Shown: positions 1 through 12,472, counted from the first letter of the stretch. The stretch: DNA of 64,000 nucleotides from Mobula hypostoma (GCF_963921235.1 NC_086097.1:209934001-209998000), one strand, 5' to 3'. The notes: generated by a model not told the origin, from the letters alone. Translations and numbers: made by a program.

Positions 1-546
1 TCAATTTGCGGGAGACTTCCGGGAGAGTTGGGATGTCTGCAATAGAGTATCTCCTTAGCAGCTGGCCAGCTAGTTTAAATAACGTTAGCTATGCTAATGA
101 ACGAATGACCCCTGTTAAACTCACCTCAACATGTCTTTTACAGTCTTAACCCACCATGGGCAATAGAAAAGTCACTGTTGCAAACAGTGCGGCGAGCAAC
201 ACTGTCATTATTTTGACCCCTATTAGGCAGGGGTACACTTTAGTGTAGTCTGGGGTGACGTACGTTTTATATTTTTTTGGAACAGTCTGCAATGGCGCGC
301 TCTCTCTCTCATTCTCTCATGGTCGCTCGCGCGCTCTCGCTTGCTTTCTCTCTCGCTCGCTCTCTCTCCCTCTCTCGCTCGCTCACGCACTCACTTGCCT
401 TCGCTCTCGCGCTCTCTCTTGCTTTTCTCTCGCTCGCTCTCAAAAAAATTGATTTCCGTGATATTGTATATAATTTGCAGGCATCAGGGAGCCACTATTA
501 ATATGCGGGAGACTCCCAGAACTTCCGGGAGAGGTGGGATGTCTGA
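1..546. repeat. Right part of an unclassified repeat, possibly a non-autonomous DNA transposon, with a CT/CTCG-rich core
   Basis: The motif tgcgggagact...ttccgggagag(t/g)tgggatgtctg occurs as a direct repeat at about 7-39 and 504-546. A low-complexity (CT/CTCG)n tract lies at about 295-441. The element appears cut by the window edge. Confidence 0.4.
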
Positions 547-768
547 AATGCTAACCTAATCACGGCACAATTTACAATGACCAATTAACCTACCCAGTAC
601 ATCTTTGGCCTGTGGAAAGAAACCGGAGGACCTGGAGAAAACCCACACATTCCACAGGGAGGAGGTACAGAGACACCTTACAGAACAGCGGCAGAATAGA
701 TCACCAAACTCTGGGATGCTCTGAGCTGCAATAGTGTCGTGCTAACCACTACACCACCCTGGCACCCC
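547..768 (-). mobile_element. tRNA-derived SINE (V-SINE/HE1-like), degenerate
   Basis: The reverse strand starts ggggtgccagggtggtgtagtggttagcac (A-box-like) and includes the fish/shark SINE body tgtgggttttctccagg...tccggtttc...ccacag...aaagatgtac...ggtaggttaattgg. Confidence 0.6.
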
Positions 769-981
769 ATATAACACAATGCAGTAATTGAAATCCACAT
801 CTTTCCCAAGATTCAGCAACAACTGTTCGCTTATTCTGAAACACACTGGAAACTCCAGAAGATAATAAAACTGGAGCAAAATGTGAGCTGATGCAAGACG
901 GTGTGGTCATTCCATCAGATATTTGAATATGCACATTACTCCAATGTGAATATTTTTAAAAACAAAGCCCTTTAACTGTAG

Positions 982-1036
982 CAACACACATAAAAGTTGC
1001 TGGTGAACACAGCAGGCCAGGCAGCATCTCTAGGAA
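982..1036 (-). mobile_element. 55-bp Penelope-like pLTR fragment with 12-bp target-site duplication
   Basis: ctttaactgtag is duplicated at 970-981 and 1037-1048. The insert matches the repeat copies at 5000-5092 and 20491-20712. Confidence 0.75.
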
Positions 1037-1112
1037 CTTTAACTGTAGACAACATTGCTAACTCTTCAACTGTGCACTTAATACTCAGCAGAACAACTCT
1101 GAATCTACTTAC

Positions 1113-1173
1113 CAAAGCATCCAAATGTTCTAAATCCTTCTCGAATATTCCGTGTAAACATAGGAATAATGGG
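1113..1173 (-). CDS. TMEM68: TMEM68 coding exon 4 (PIIPMFTRNIREGFRTFGCF)
   Basis: Acceptor ttttag| and donor G|gtaagt; 61 nt. The phase-0 start joins the exon ending at 17903. The peptide matches the vertebrate TMEM68 segment PIIPMFTxNIREGFR. Confidence 0.93.
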
Positions 1174-1267
1174 CTAAAATTGTAAATAATCATAGAATTA
1201 AACAGACTATTTAAAACAGATTACAAAAACATTTCACACCTCTGAAAATCTTTATAAAATACATCTT

Positions 1268-1378
1268 ATAACCATATAACAATTACAGCATGGATACAGG
1301 CCATCTCGGCCCTTCTAGTCCGTGCCAAACGCTTACTCTCACCTAGTCCCACCTACCTGCACTTGGCCCATAACCCTC
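1268..1378 (-). mobile_element. CR1-type LINE 3' end fragment
   Basis: ataaccatataacaattacagca...acaggccatctcggcc tail; near-identical to the copy at about 12473-12641. Confidence 0.65.
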
Positions 1379-1625
1379 AACACAGAAAGCTAGATTCGAG
1401 CAAATATCATATTCAAATAGGTTCTTCTGAAAAGACTTCTATATGAAAGAATGTTTTAAACTAACCGATGCAAACAAACATCTAAAAGCTTTAAAATGGA
1501 ACATTCTTTTAAAAATAAGGTGATGTTCATTGTGATGTTAATATACTATACATTCAAAATGTTTTTAATGGTACAATACTGAGTCATGTCATCTGCAGAA
1601 ATTCTCTTATGACTCAGCAATAATT

Positions 1626-2390
1626 GGGTGAATACAGGGCCCTGGTGGCGGACTTTGTCAAATGGTGCAAGTTGAATCATCTGCAGCTCAACAGTAGCAA
1701 GGCAAAGAAGATGGTGATGGACTTTAGGAAGACTAAGCCTGCACTGATCCCTGTTACTATTGATGGTGAGGATGTGGATATGGTGAGAACAAGTACCTGG
1801 GGGCGGGGGGTGCACCTGGATGACAGACTTGAGTGGAGCACCAATACAGAGGCTGTGTACAAGAAGGGTCAGAGTCACCTCTACTTCCTTACGAGACTGA
1901 GGTCCTTTGCAGTATGCAGGCCTATTCTTCACGTGTTCTACAAGTCTGTTGCCACCAGTACAATCTTCTACCTGCTGGTGTCCTGGGGCAATAGCATCAA
2001 CACAGGTGATGCCAACAGGCTCAACAAACTGATCACAAAGGCTGGCTCTGTTATAGGAGTCAAACTGGACATACTGGAGGCTGTGGTAGAACAAAGGACA
2101 CTGGAAAATCCTGGCAATTCTGGACAATGTTTCTCACCCTCGGCATGAACCCTTGGTTGAACAGAACATTTTTAGTAATAGACTAAAACAACTGTGCTGC
2201 TCCAAAGAGCACTATACCAGTTCATTCTTACCCTCTGCCATTAGGCTCTATAATGAGATGACCAATAGTGATGATCCCCTCCTGTCAGACCGTTTGAGGT
2301 AACTTTTTTTTTTATTCTTTCCTATTTCTCTTCTAATATTTGTATGTTTGTAATTTCATTTGGGATCAATAAAGTATCTATCTATCTATC
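1626..2390 (+). mobile_element. Rex1/Babar-like LINE, 5'-truncated 3' end
   Basis: RT C-terminal peptide WCKLNHLQLNSSKAKKMVMDFRK...LYFLTRLRSF, then AATAAA and a (TATC)n tail ending at 2390. Confidence 0.8.
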
Positions 2391-2875
2391 CAAAACCTGT
2401 CCACAACAAACACGATTCCTGAGGTTCTAATAAAGCCAAATTAACCTCAAGACCTCGGGATGCTACAATTAAGTTAACATGGGTACTTCTTCCAACTTAG
2501 GTATGTACTTCTTATCCAATTATGGAAAATGTTGCTGTATTTATCACCAGATGCTTATGGACACAAAGAGGCTAACCCGTGGTTGTGAAGAAATTTGATT
2601 GCTTCATCAATAGTTTGTTTCCAATTAACTTGCTGGATGAATTGTAAATGCAGGGCTATTAATCAAAGATAGCAATTACTTCCAGGAGGCTTTGACATAG
2701 AAGGGGTCCTAAGATTCTCCATGTCAAATCAGAAAGACTGAGCATTGAGGGGGTAACTGAAAGCTTAGGAAAGATTAGGATTTTAAAAATGGTCAGCTGG
2801 AGACCAAAGAAAAACAATCAAGTTCAAGGACAAAAAGCCACCAGGCTCTTATACAGCAGATACACCCCATAAATT

Positions 2876-3625
2876 TGATCATCATAGCTTGTCACACCAG
2901 ACAGCCAGCCACACTAGTGTTGTCTGGTTGATGTTGAGCAGGCCAGTGTCAGCTAAATCAGGTGAGAGTGGGCAGTTGCGCAGAACATCATGTTCTGCAC
3001 CCTTTCACCACACTCACAGGATTTGCTGGTCTTTAAACCCCACTTTACCATATTATCTCCCGTCCTACAAACTCCCGCTCTCGCTCTGTTGAGAGTGCAT
3101 CACCTCCGTCTGTCAAGCAGTGCCCCATCTGGCAACATTTCTGTGGGGTCTTGCACTGTATTGTTTGGTGGGGTTCTGGCTTCTGTTTGTTGCCAGAGGT
3201 CAATCCTGTATGCTTGGGAGGATGTTCCGTGCGGTAGTTCCTCCTCTGTAGCAAAGCTTTTCCTCGATTTTAGGCGGTTGGAAACTGGCACATGATGGTG
3301 TAGTGGGTGCCATGGATCCGAGTTCTGTTTAACTTTTTCAATTTTTGTTGTAGTGTGTCTTCGGATCTCTGGGGGAGCGATGCCTGCAAGTCTGTAAATG
3401 ATGTTAGTGGATGTGGGGCGCAGTGTGCCTGTAATTATTCAGCAGGCTTCGTTAAGCAACAGGTCTATTTTCTTAGCATGGGCTGATCTGCCCCACACAG
3501 GCGCACAGTATTCTGCAGGTGCATAGTAGAATGCTAGGGCAGTTGATCTAAGTGTGTGAGCATTAGCTCCCCATTTCATTCCTGCTAATTTTTTCAAGAG
3601 AAAATTGGGTTGAGTCAGGAACATT
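2876..3625 (-). mobile_element. Non-LTR retrotransposon 3' fragment (Ingi/Vingi- or RTE-X-like)
   Basis: Peptide KLAGMKWGANAHTLRSTALAFYYAPAEYCAPVWGRSAH is typical of the post-RT region of these LINEs. A short ATG-repeat tail lies near 2880. The clade assignment is tentative. Confidence 0.6.
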
Positions 3626-4372
3626 CACGCTGTAACCCTCTTAATCCGAAAGGAGACCAATCCTGACATTACACGCCAGACCAAATGATCCAGTGGGTGG
3701 TAAAAAGATAAAAGGATAAATTTGATGACTGGCAAATACGACTTAAGTTAAAGAGGATGCAATAAATCCATAACTAAAGCTAACCTTTTCCCTTCGTCAT
3801 TTTTTTGCAACGGGAGATACTTTCTTTCACTCAACTAATAGGAACAGCAATCAAATTTTCCAAAACTCCGACACTGCTAATCTTGAATTGACAATATGAC
3901 AAGAGCTGCCACAAGTCAACCAGTAAAGTTGTATGACTGCTGAGGTTTAAAATTAAGTTCCAATTTAGAGCTCAGCATAAATTTTACAAAGACTTATTTT
4001 AAATTACAAACTACTTAACTGTGGTATTCCTGAATCCATTATTTTCCTTTTCACAAAAACAACCTATTCTCATTAGGCATGCTCCCCAATCCAGGCAACA
4101 TCCTTGTAAATCTCCTCTGCATGTTTTCTATGGCTTCCACATCCTTCCTGTAGTGAGGCGACCAGAAATGAGCACAGTACTCCAAGTGGGGTCTGACCAG
4201 GGTCCTATATAGCTGCAATATTACCTCGCAACTCCAAAATTCAATCCCACGATTGATGAAGGCCAATACACCGTATGCCTTCTTAACCACAGAGTCAACC
4301 TGCGCAGCTGCTTTGAGTGTCCTATGGACTCGGACCTCAAGATCTCTCTGATCCTCCACACTGCCAAGAGTC

Positions 4373-4931
4373 CATAAGACCAAGAGACAAAGGAGCAGAA
4401 GTCGACCATTTGGCCCATCGAGTCTGCTCCGCCATTTTATCATGAGCTGATCCATTCTCCCATTTAGTACCACTCCCCCGCCTTCTCACCATAACCTTTG
4501 ATGCCCTGGCTACTCAAATACCTATCAATCTCTGACTTAAATATACCCAATGACCTGACCTTCACTGCCGCCCGTGGCAACAAATTCCAGATTCACAACC
4601 CTCTGGCTAAAAAAATTTCTTCGCATCTCTGTTTAGGATGGGTGCCCTTCAATCCTTAAGTCACGCCCTCTCGTATTAGACTCCTCCACCATGGGAAACA
4701 ACTTTACCACATCCACTCTGTCCATGCCTTTCAACATTCGGAATGTTTCTATGAGGTCCCCCCTCATTCTTCTAAACTCCAAGGAGTACAGTCCAAGAGC
4801 GGTCAAACGTTCCTCATATGTTAACCCTCTCATTCCCAGAATCATTCTAGTGAATCTTCGCTGAACCCTCTCCAATGTCAGCACATCCTTTCTTAAATAA
4901 GGAGCCCAAAACTGCACACAGTACTCCAAGT
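4373..4931 (-). mobile_element. CR1 3' end of a second subfamily nested in the CR1 above
   Basis: Encodes HLEYCVQFWAPYLRKD...RRMRGDLIETF with its own tail (cataagaccaagagac). GAGTC is duplicated at 4368-4372 and 4932-4936. Confidence 0.8.
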
Positions 4932-4999
4932 GAGTCTTACCATGAATACTATATTCTGCCATCATATTTGACCTACCCAAATGAACCACTTCACACTTA

Positions 5000-5092
5000 A
5001 ACAACAGGAATTCTGCAGATGCTGGAAATTCAAGCAACACACATCAAAGTTGCTGGTGAACGCAGCAGGTCACCAGCAACTTTGATGTGTGT
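5000..5092 (-). mobile_element. Penelope-like mini-insertion (tail plus pLTR end with inverted arm), 13-bp TSD
   Basis: cacttcacactta is duplicated at 4987-4999 and 5093-5105. A 23-bp inverted repeat lies at 5037-5059 and 5070-5092. Confidence 0.82.
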
Positions 5093-5978
5093 CACTTCAC
5101 ACTTATCTGGGTTGAACTCCATTTGCCACTTCTCAGCCCAGTTCTACATCCTATCAATGTCCTGCTGTAACCTCTGACAGCCCTCCACACTATCCACAAC
5201 ACCTCCAACCTTTGTGTCATCAGCAAACTTACTAACCCATCCCTCCACTTCCTCATCCAGGTTATTTATAAAAATCACAAACAGTAAGGGTCCCAGAACA
5301 GATCCCTGAGGCACTCCACTGGTGACCGACCTCCATGCAGAATATGACCCAGCTACAGCCACTCTTTGCCATCTATGGGCAAGCCAGTTCTGGATCCACA
5401 AAGCAATGTCCCCTTGGATCCCATGCCTTCTTACTTTCTCAATAAGCCGTGCATGGGGTACCTCATCAAATGCCTTGCTGAAATCCACATACACTACGTC
5501 TACTGCTCTTCCTTCATCAATGTGTTTAGACACATCCTCAAAAAATTCAATCAGATGCATAAGACACGACCTGCCCTTGACAAAGCCATGCTGACTATCC
5601 CTAATCATATTATACCTCTCCAAATGTTCATAAATCCTGCCTCTCAGGATTTTCTCCTTCAACTTACCAACCACTGAGGTAAGAATCACTGGTCTATCTC
5701 TACTCCCTTTCTTGAATAAAGGAACAACATCCGCAACCCTCCAATCCTCCGGAAGAAATTTCATTTTAGATATAGTCCTAATGATTGGAACATTGTCTTG
5801 CAAGATAATTTGAAAGACTACTAATACAATCATTTGACACCAATGAACAAATATCAAAATAAAATGCTGATAAAGATCAATCAACACAAATTAAGAAGTT
5901 CCAAAGTTGACAGGACAGAAAAGTGAACTGCATACATGCATGCTAATGTGGTCCAACAAATTAGTTTTCCCCAATCAC

Positions 5979-6770
5979 TTAGAAAACATAGAAACAAAGA
6001 AAACTTACAGCACAATACAGGCCCCTCAGGCCACAATGCTGTGTCAAACATGTCCTTACTTTAGAAATTACCTCCGGGTACCCATAGCCGTCTATTTTTT
6101 TAAGCACTATCTACCTATCCAGGAGTCTCTTAAAAGACCCTATTGTATCTGCCTCCACCACAGTTGCTGGTAGCCTATTCCATGCACTCACCACTCGCTG
6201 CGTAAAAAACTTACCCTTGACATCCCCTCTGTACCTATTTCTAAGCCCCTTAAAACTGTGCCCTCTTGTGTTAGCAATTTCGGCCCTGGGAAAAAGCCTC
6301 TGACTATCCACACGATAGCCTCTCATCATCTTATACTCTTCTATCAGGTCACCTTTCATCCTCCATCGCTCCAAGGAGAAAAGGCCAAGTTCACTCAACC
6401 TATTCTTGTAAGGTATGCTCCCCAATCCAGGTAACATCCTTGTAAATCTCCTATCTGCATTCTTTCTATAGTTTCTACATCTTTCCTGTAGTGAGGTGAC
6501 CAGAACTGAGCATAGTACTCCAAGTGGGGTCTGACCAGGGTCCTATATAGCTGTAACATTACCTCTCAGCTCTTGAAATCAATCCTATGGTTGATGAAGG
6601 TCAATGCACCATATGCCTTCTTAACCACACAGTCAACCTGCGCAGCAGCTTTGAATGTCCTATGGACTCGGACCCCAAGATCCTTCTGATCCTCTACACT
6701 GCCAAGAGTCTTACCATTAATACTGTATTCTGCCATCATATTTGACCTACCAAAATGAACCACCTCACAC
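5979..6770 (-). mobile_element. CR1 LINE 3' end
   Basis: ORFs 6111-6437 and 6566-6772 (CEVVHFGRSN, FFTQRVVSAWN) and an agaaacat-type tail at about 5980-6005. Confidence 0.88.
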
Positions 6771-7004
6771 ATGATTTAAAATATTGATCCTATTCAAAAC
6801 TATAATAAGCTGGATCATGCTGGACTATGCTCAGTGCACAACTTTGCAAAGGAATTATATTGCCTCAAACTAAAGCCCAGATTATTATGTTGTGTAAAAT
6901 AACTGAAGAGCATGAAACTTAAACCAGAAATCCTAGAGTAGCCTAACATTCTGACCAAAACAATATATCTGAGGTAATGTGAGGAGCCACAAAGAAATAA
7001 GGAT

Positions 7005-7577
7005 AGAAATGTTGCAGCTACATAGGACCCTGGTCAGACCCCACTTGGAGTACTGTGCTCAGCTCTGGTCGCCTCACTACAGGAAGGACGTAGAAACCAT
7101 AGAAAGGGTGCAGAAAAGATTTACAAGGATGCTGCCTGGATTGGGGAGCATGCCTTATGAGAACAGGTTGAGTGAACTCGGCCTTTTCTCCTTGGAATGA
7201 CGGAGGATGAGAGGTGACCTGATAGAGGTGTACACGATAATGAGAGACATTGATCATGTGGACAGTCAGAGGCTTTTTCCCAGGGCTGAAATGGCTAGCA
7301 TGAGAAGGCATAGTTTTAAGGTGCTTGGAAGTAGGTACAGAGGAGATGTCAGGGGTAAGTTTTTTTTTCTTTTACACAGAGTGGTGAGTGCGAGGAATGG
7401 CGGCAGTGGTGGAGGCGGATACGACAGGGTCTTTTAAGAGACTCCTGGATAGGTACATGGAGCTTAGAAAAATAGAGGGCTATGGATAAGTCTAGGTAGT
7501 TCTAAGGTAAGGACATGTTCAGCACAGCTTTGTGGACTGAAGGGCCTGTATTGTGCTGTAGATTTTTCTATGTTTCT
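7005..7577 (+). mobile_element. CR1 LINE 3' end, same subfamily as 5979-6770 in opposite orientation
   Basis: ORFs 6979-7200 and 7207-7437 (LVRPHLEYC, RGDLIEVY); tail ttttctatgtttct. Confidence 0.88.
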
Positions 7578-8044
7578 GTGAAATGTTGGGAAGCTCTACA
7601 GTGGAATAGTCAACATTCAAAGGCATGACTAACAACACAGATACAGGCTATTCAGTCCAACTCATCCAAGCTGACCAAAATGTCCATCTAAGTTAGTCAC
7701 ATACGCCTGCATTCAGCCCAAATCTCCAAGCCTTTCCTTTCCATTTATCAGTTAAATGTCATCTAACTGTTGTTATTATATCTGCCTTTACCACTTTCTC
7801 TGACAGTTCATTCTGTGTGAAGCAGCTGCCCCTCAGGTCTCTTTGAAAGATTTCCATTTTAACCTTAAATTTCTTGACAAGTTCTTAAACATGTAATAAC
7901 AACAATTAGAACGTGTTTAGCTAAATATCATTTAATTAAAGGCAGCTTTCTATTTTATTCTAGCTTCTAAAGGCAATGCCGCAAAAAAGTGGCACCTGCC
8001 ATTAAAGACCCTCATCATCTAGGACACGCGCGCACACACGCAAA

Positions 8045-8567
8045 CAAAAGTCCTGGGCACATATTTGTAGCTAGGGGCCTAAGACTTTTGCACAGTAATG
8101 TACTTGTCAACGTGGAGCAGACAGTGAGTATGTAAATCTGGTAGAAGCAAAGGATGTTGAGAATAGTGAGGGTGGAGCGCTGTGGAAGGGATGTGGGAGA
8201 GGAGTGCCAGGAGATGAATTCTGATGTGGGTGCAGATACACTCAGCCCTGAGACATAAGGCAAGGTCATTTGCTTCCAATCAATAGGTTTATTGATCATT
8301 ACAGAATGTCTCTCCGGTGCTTCTTGCTCCCTCCTCTCTCCCTTCCCCTTTTCCCAACTATAATTCCTCACTCCCTGCCTCCTTCCCACTCTCCATCCAC
8401 AATAAGAGATCTATATCAGAATCAGGTTTATCATCACTGACATATATCATGAAATTTGTTTTTTTTTTGCGGTAACAGTACAATGCAATACTTAAAATTA
8501 CTACAGTACTGTGCAAAGATCTTAAACACCCTAACTATATATAAACGTGCCCAAGATACTTGCAGTA

Positions 8568-8613
<46 letters not shown>

Positions 8614-8725
8614 TCACTCTATTGTAATTTATAGATTTTTTTATTACATATTTGTAAAGTACTGCTGCCACAAAACAACAAATTTCACAACAAATTCTTG
8701 TGATATTAAACCCATTTCTGACTCT
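8045..8725. repeat. Composite repeat: two mini Tc1-type inverted-repeat units, Rex1-like tails in opposite orientation, and a (TA)n microsatellite
   Basis: Short palindromic units caaaagtc..gggcac...gcctaagacttttgcacagta at 8045-8100 and 8504-8570. Rex1-type tails at about 8415-8490 (-) and 8655-8725 (+). (TA)n at about 8577-8612. Confidence 0.55.
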
Positions 8726-11700
8726 CAATTATAGGCTTAAAAAAGAGAAAAAAATTACATCACCAGCATGACCAGGACCAGGACTAGGATGTGGTATCCT
8801 GCAAGCACCAATGAGGCAAATACAGCATGGGATTTAACAAGCAGACGGAAATTTGGCAATAGTTCAAGAAACAGAGTATGTAATAGCTGTGACTGTAGTA
8901 ACACATAGCAATCAGTGGACTACAAGATTTAACCTTTTGAATTTATTGCCATTGCATCGGGCCGCTTACTTGAAAACAAAATCTGGGCGTGAAACTTAAA
9001 TCACCAGATAATGGAAGTCTCTGGTCCCTTGCTGTTTTCCAGAAGAAACTGAATGGATGCAGGACTGAAGCTGTTATATCTATGTAACATGCTGTAAGAT
9101 TTCACTGCTAATATAATGGTTTCTCTGTAGCAGCAATGTTTGGGTTATGACTAGAGATTATAGGGTTTGGAATGCTGGGGCTATCCAATGAAGAAACGTT
9201 CTTTCTTGTGAGTCTGGGAAAGAGATTTTCGCTGTCTTTTGCCAGAGAGAGATGAGGACAGAAGGCACGAATGGAGAGAGTCAGTAGACTGCCGGACGGA
9301 GTGGACTTGAAGTGAGGGTCCGAAGGTCAGTGGTGATCGGAGGAGGTCGATGGTGGACGACCGGCTTATCAGTAAGCTCCAACATTGTGCAACAGACTGT
9401 TCCATGACAATAGGCCCTTTTTCTAATTTTTGTTTACTAACCATATAGTCAAAATAAGAACTATAAAGCTCAATTGTTTAATCGCATATTGTGTACTGTT
9501 TGTTATTTTGGGGTACTGATTTGTAATACAGGACACATCACGCAGCATCCACCCAAACGAGATTTCTTAAGTTTGGCCGGGCCGAGGGTTATCACCCCAT
9601 ATATTAAGCTGCTAGCTGAAGCGATTGTGGGGGCTATGTTCGTGATTGATTCAGTTGGATGCTGTGTGATTACCCTGAGCAATGAACCAGTGGGGTAGAT
9701 ATTTGAACTCCAGATGAATTGTTAGTTCACCTGTTATGTACTGTTAGAAGTTGTGATTGTGGGCGGAGGTTTGATAAAATGGCTGGCGCAGCTCTCGTTT
9801 TAATGCAGACCAGCGCTGACGTAGCAGTAGCTGGGAGCGGAGATTTCAAAGATAGAGTTTGATCGTTTCTGAGGAGCGAGGGGAAAGAGTGGTCGGATTC
9901 GGAATGTCTAATTAGTCCATGTCCACCAGTGAAGAGTGAGAATTCTGAGTTAGTATCTGCCCTTACTTCTCTGGCGAATTGATAGAAAAATCAGATTCAA
10001 AGTCCCAGCTATGGCAGGCTCCGCCTATTCGCTGGAATAACACCCACCCCTAAAGGGGAAAGGGAGTATGAGGCTTGGGCGGAGCAGTCCTCTCAGTTGC
10101 TGGATGAGTGGCAGTGCTCGGATGATGTAAAGCGGCAGAAATAGGTTGAAGGTTTGAATGGGTGGGCCGCTGACATTGTGAGAGCTGTCAGGTTGCGGTA
10201 TCCCATAGCGACAGCTGTCGATGATCTGCAAGTACTGCACAACGCTTTTGGCCCAACAGGAAGTTCAATGGAGCTCATGGTGGGGATTCAGAACATGCGT
10301 CAGGAGAAGGGGAGAAGCTTTCTGCTTTTATTTTTTGGCTAGAGAGGCAGATAAATTGCTTGCAGTGCAGAGGAGTCATTCAGGCAGCTGAGGTGGATAA
10401 GTTAAGAGTCGACCAGATAGCCAGGGGCGCCCAGTCCCATGACCTGATTGCTTGGGGTCTCCAACAGTCTCATAAGATGCGCCCCCACCCCCAGCTTTTG
10501 TTGAGCTGATCAGAGAGGTACAGGAAGAGAAGAAGCGTCTGAGGCACGTGAGGGCTCCATCAGCAGGGTACAGTCATCAGTAGTAGTCCCCTGTGGTGAA
10601 GTGACCACAGATAGTCTACCTCGGGGAGCGGTAGAGGACATTGTGGTAGAGTTGAGAAGGGAGATATGTCAGCTGTTATCACAGGTGTGACCCCACCCCC
10701 CCATATGATGGAGCTGATGACAACGCGGAGGGCTGCTGGCAGCTGGTGTCATGCCAGTAGGAGAGTGAGCCCTCAGGTACTTAAGCAGAAAGAGTCATTG
10801 GGAAAACTTAGAGGAGACCCAGTGAGGGAATGGCCTGGTGTCTTGGGGGAACACGTTCCCAGCAATGTACCAAGGAACCCCTTGAAGGCTTAGTGGGTCC
10901 ATGCTTCAGTGTGTCACTACGAAAAGAAGGTATTTATGCTAAAGCCATACTTGCACCAGGTCGCAGGTCCCATTGTTGTACCATTCATTTTATAACCGGT
11001 ATCTGAAGCATTTACCATTGACACCATTCAGGGCACTGGAGATCTGGGGGCTTAGTGCTAGTGATTATCCATACGAAAGTTATTTGTCAGTGAAGTTGAA
11101 GTTCTTGGAGGCTGATGTGGGAGCGTCTGAGGTCCTTGATACATTTGTGCTGGTTTGTCTGGACCCTGTTGAGAAGGGTAGTGTTTCAGTTCTGGTGGGG
11201 ACCAACACCCCTCTTGTGAGGAGGCTCATGGGGGCCTGCAAGGAGAAGGCTGGCAAAAGCTTTCTGGGAACATTGTCTGTGCACCTGCTGCTTAGAGCTG
11301 CTTTTGAGGAAGTGCATCAAGCCGGATACCAAATTTAGACGAAGGACTGTGTGGTTCAACCAATCGAAGACAATGGTAGTACGGCCCAGGGAAGTAGTAA
11401 GAGTGATGGGAACCCCCAAATTTCCCGGAGTACCTGAGGGTGAAGCCCTCCTAGTGGGTGCTCTGGCATACCACGAGGGGGAGTTGGGATCTCTTGCTGG
11501 GGTACTGGTGAGGCCCGAATTGCAGAAGCCCTCGGTTGTACAGACAAGCAGGATGGCAGTGATTGTCAGGAACACTACGAAGAGGGAGGTCACCTTCAAG
11601 CGGGAAATGCCCCAGTGCATTTGTTCCCGGTGACTATAATGTCTAGTGCCCCTGTGAGACATGCTGGGAGAAACTATTGGAAAAAGGGGGAAAGTTAACC

Positions 11701-12472
11701 GCTGAGTCATTCAACTTTGGGGACTCCCCGATTCCTGCAGATTGGAAGAGGAGGTTAGTAGAGAAGATGTTGAAGCTGGAAGGTGTCTTTTCCACTGACG
11801 AGTTTGATGTGGGTTGTTCCAAGAGCACGTGCAACACTATCCGGGTGACTGAGGATACCCCATTCAGAGAAAGGTCTTGGCGACTGACCCCTGCAGAGGT
11901 CGAGGACATTCGGCAGCAAGTGTGTAAGTTGAAGGAAGCTGGGATCATCACCGGGTCCTGAAGCCCCTATGTGTCCTCAGTAGTAGTGGCCCGAAAGAAG
12001 AATAGGAAGGTACGGATGTGTGCAGACTATAGGACTCTGAGCAGGTGCACCATCCCTGAATAGCATACTGTCCCAAGGATTGAAGACGTGCTGGCCTGCC
12101 TGAGTGGTGCGAAGGGGTTCAGTGTGCCGGACTTAAGAAGTGGCTATTACCAGATCCCCATGAATGAGACCGACAAAGAGAAAACGGCATTTATATGTCC
12201 CCTGAGATTTTTCCAATTCGAAAGGATGCCCCAAGGCATCTCAGAAGCTCCTGCAACCTTCCCGCGGGTCCTGGAGAAGATGGTGGGGGATATGAACTTG
12301 CTTGAGGTACTGGTACAGTGGCATGAAAAAGCTTGGGCACCCCTGGTCAAAATTTCTGTTACTGTGAATAGTTAAGTGAGTAGAAGATGAACTGATCTCC
12401 AAAAGTCATAAAGTTAAAGATGAAACATTCTTTTCAACATTTTAAGCAAGATTAGTGTATTATTTTTGTTTT

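Larger units (their letters stand above)
4065..5752 (-). mobile_element. CR1 LINE RT fragment, interrupted by two younger insertions
   Basis: CR1 RT motifs DFSKAFDEV, GVPQGSVLGPLLF, FADDTK and LVRPHLEYC in ORFs 5144-5887 and 4051-4473. Confidence 0.88.

Noticed and set aside
255..559. Three overlapping Ser/Leu/Arg-rich ORFs
   Set aside because: They are translations of a CT/CTCG low-complexity tract inside a repeat.
9700..10700. Possible domesticated PNMA-like host gene
   Set aside because: It has in-frame stops and frameshifts and lies between LTRs next to a decayed pol.
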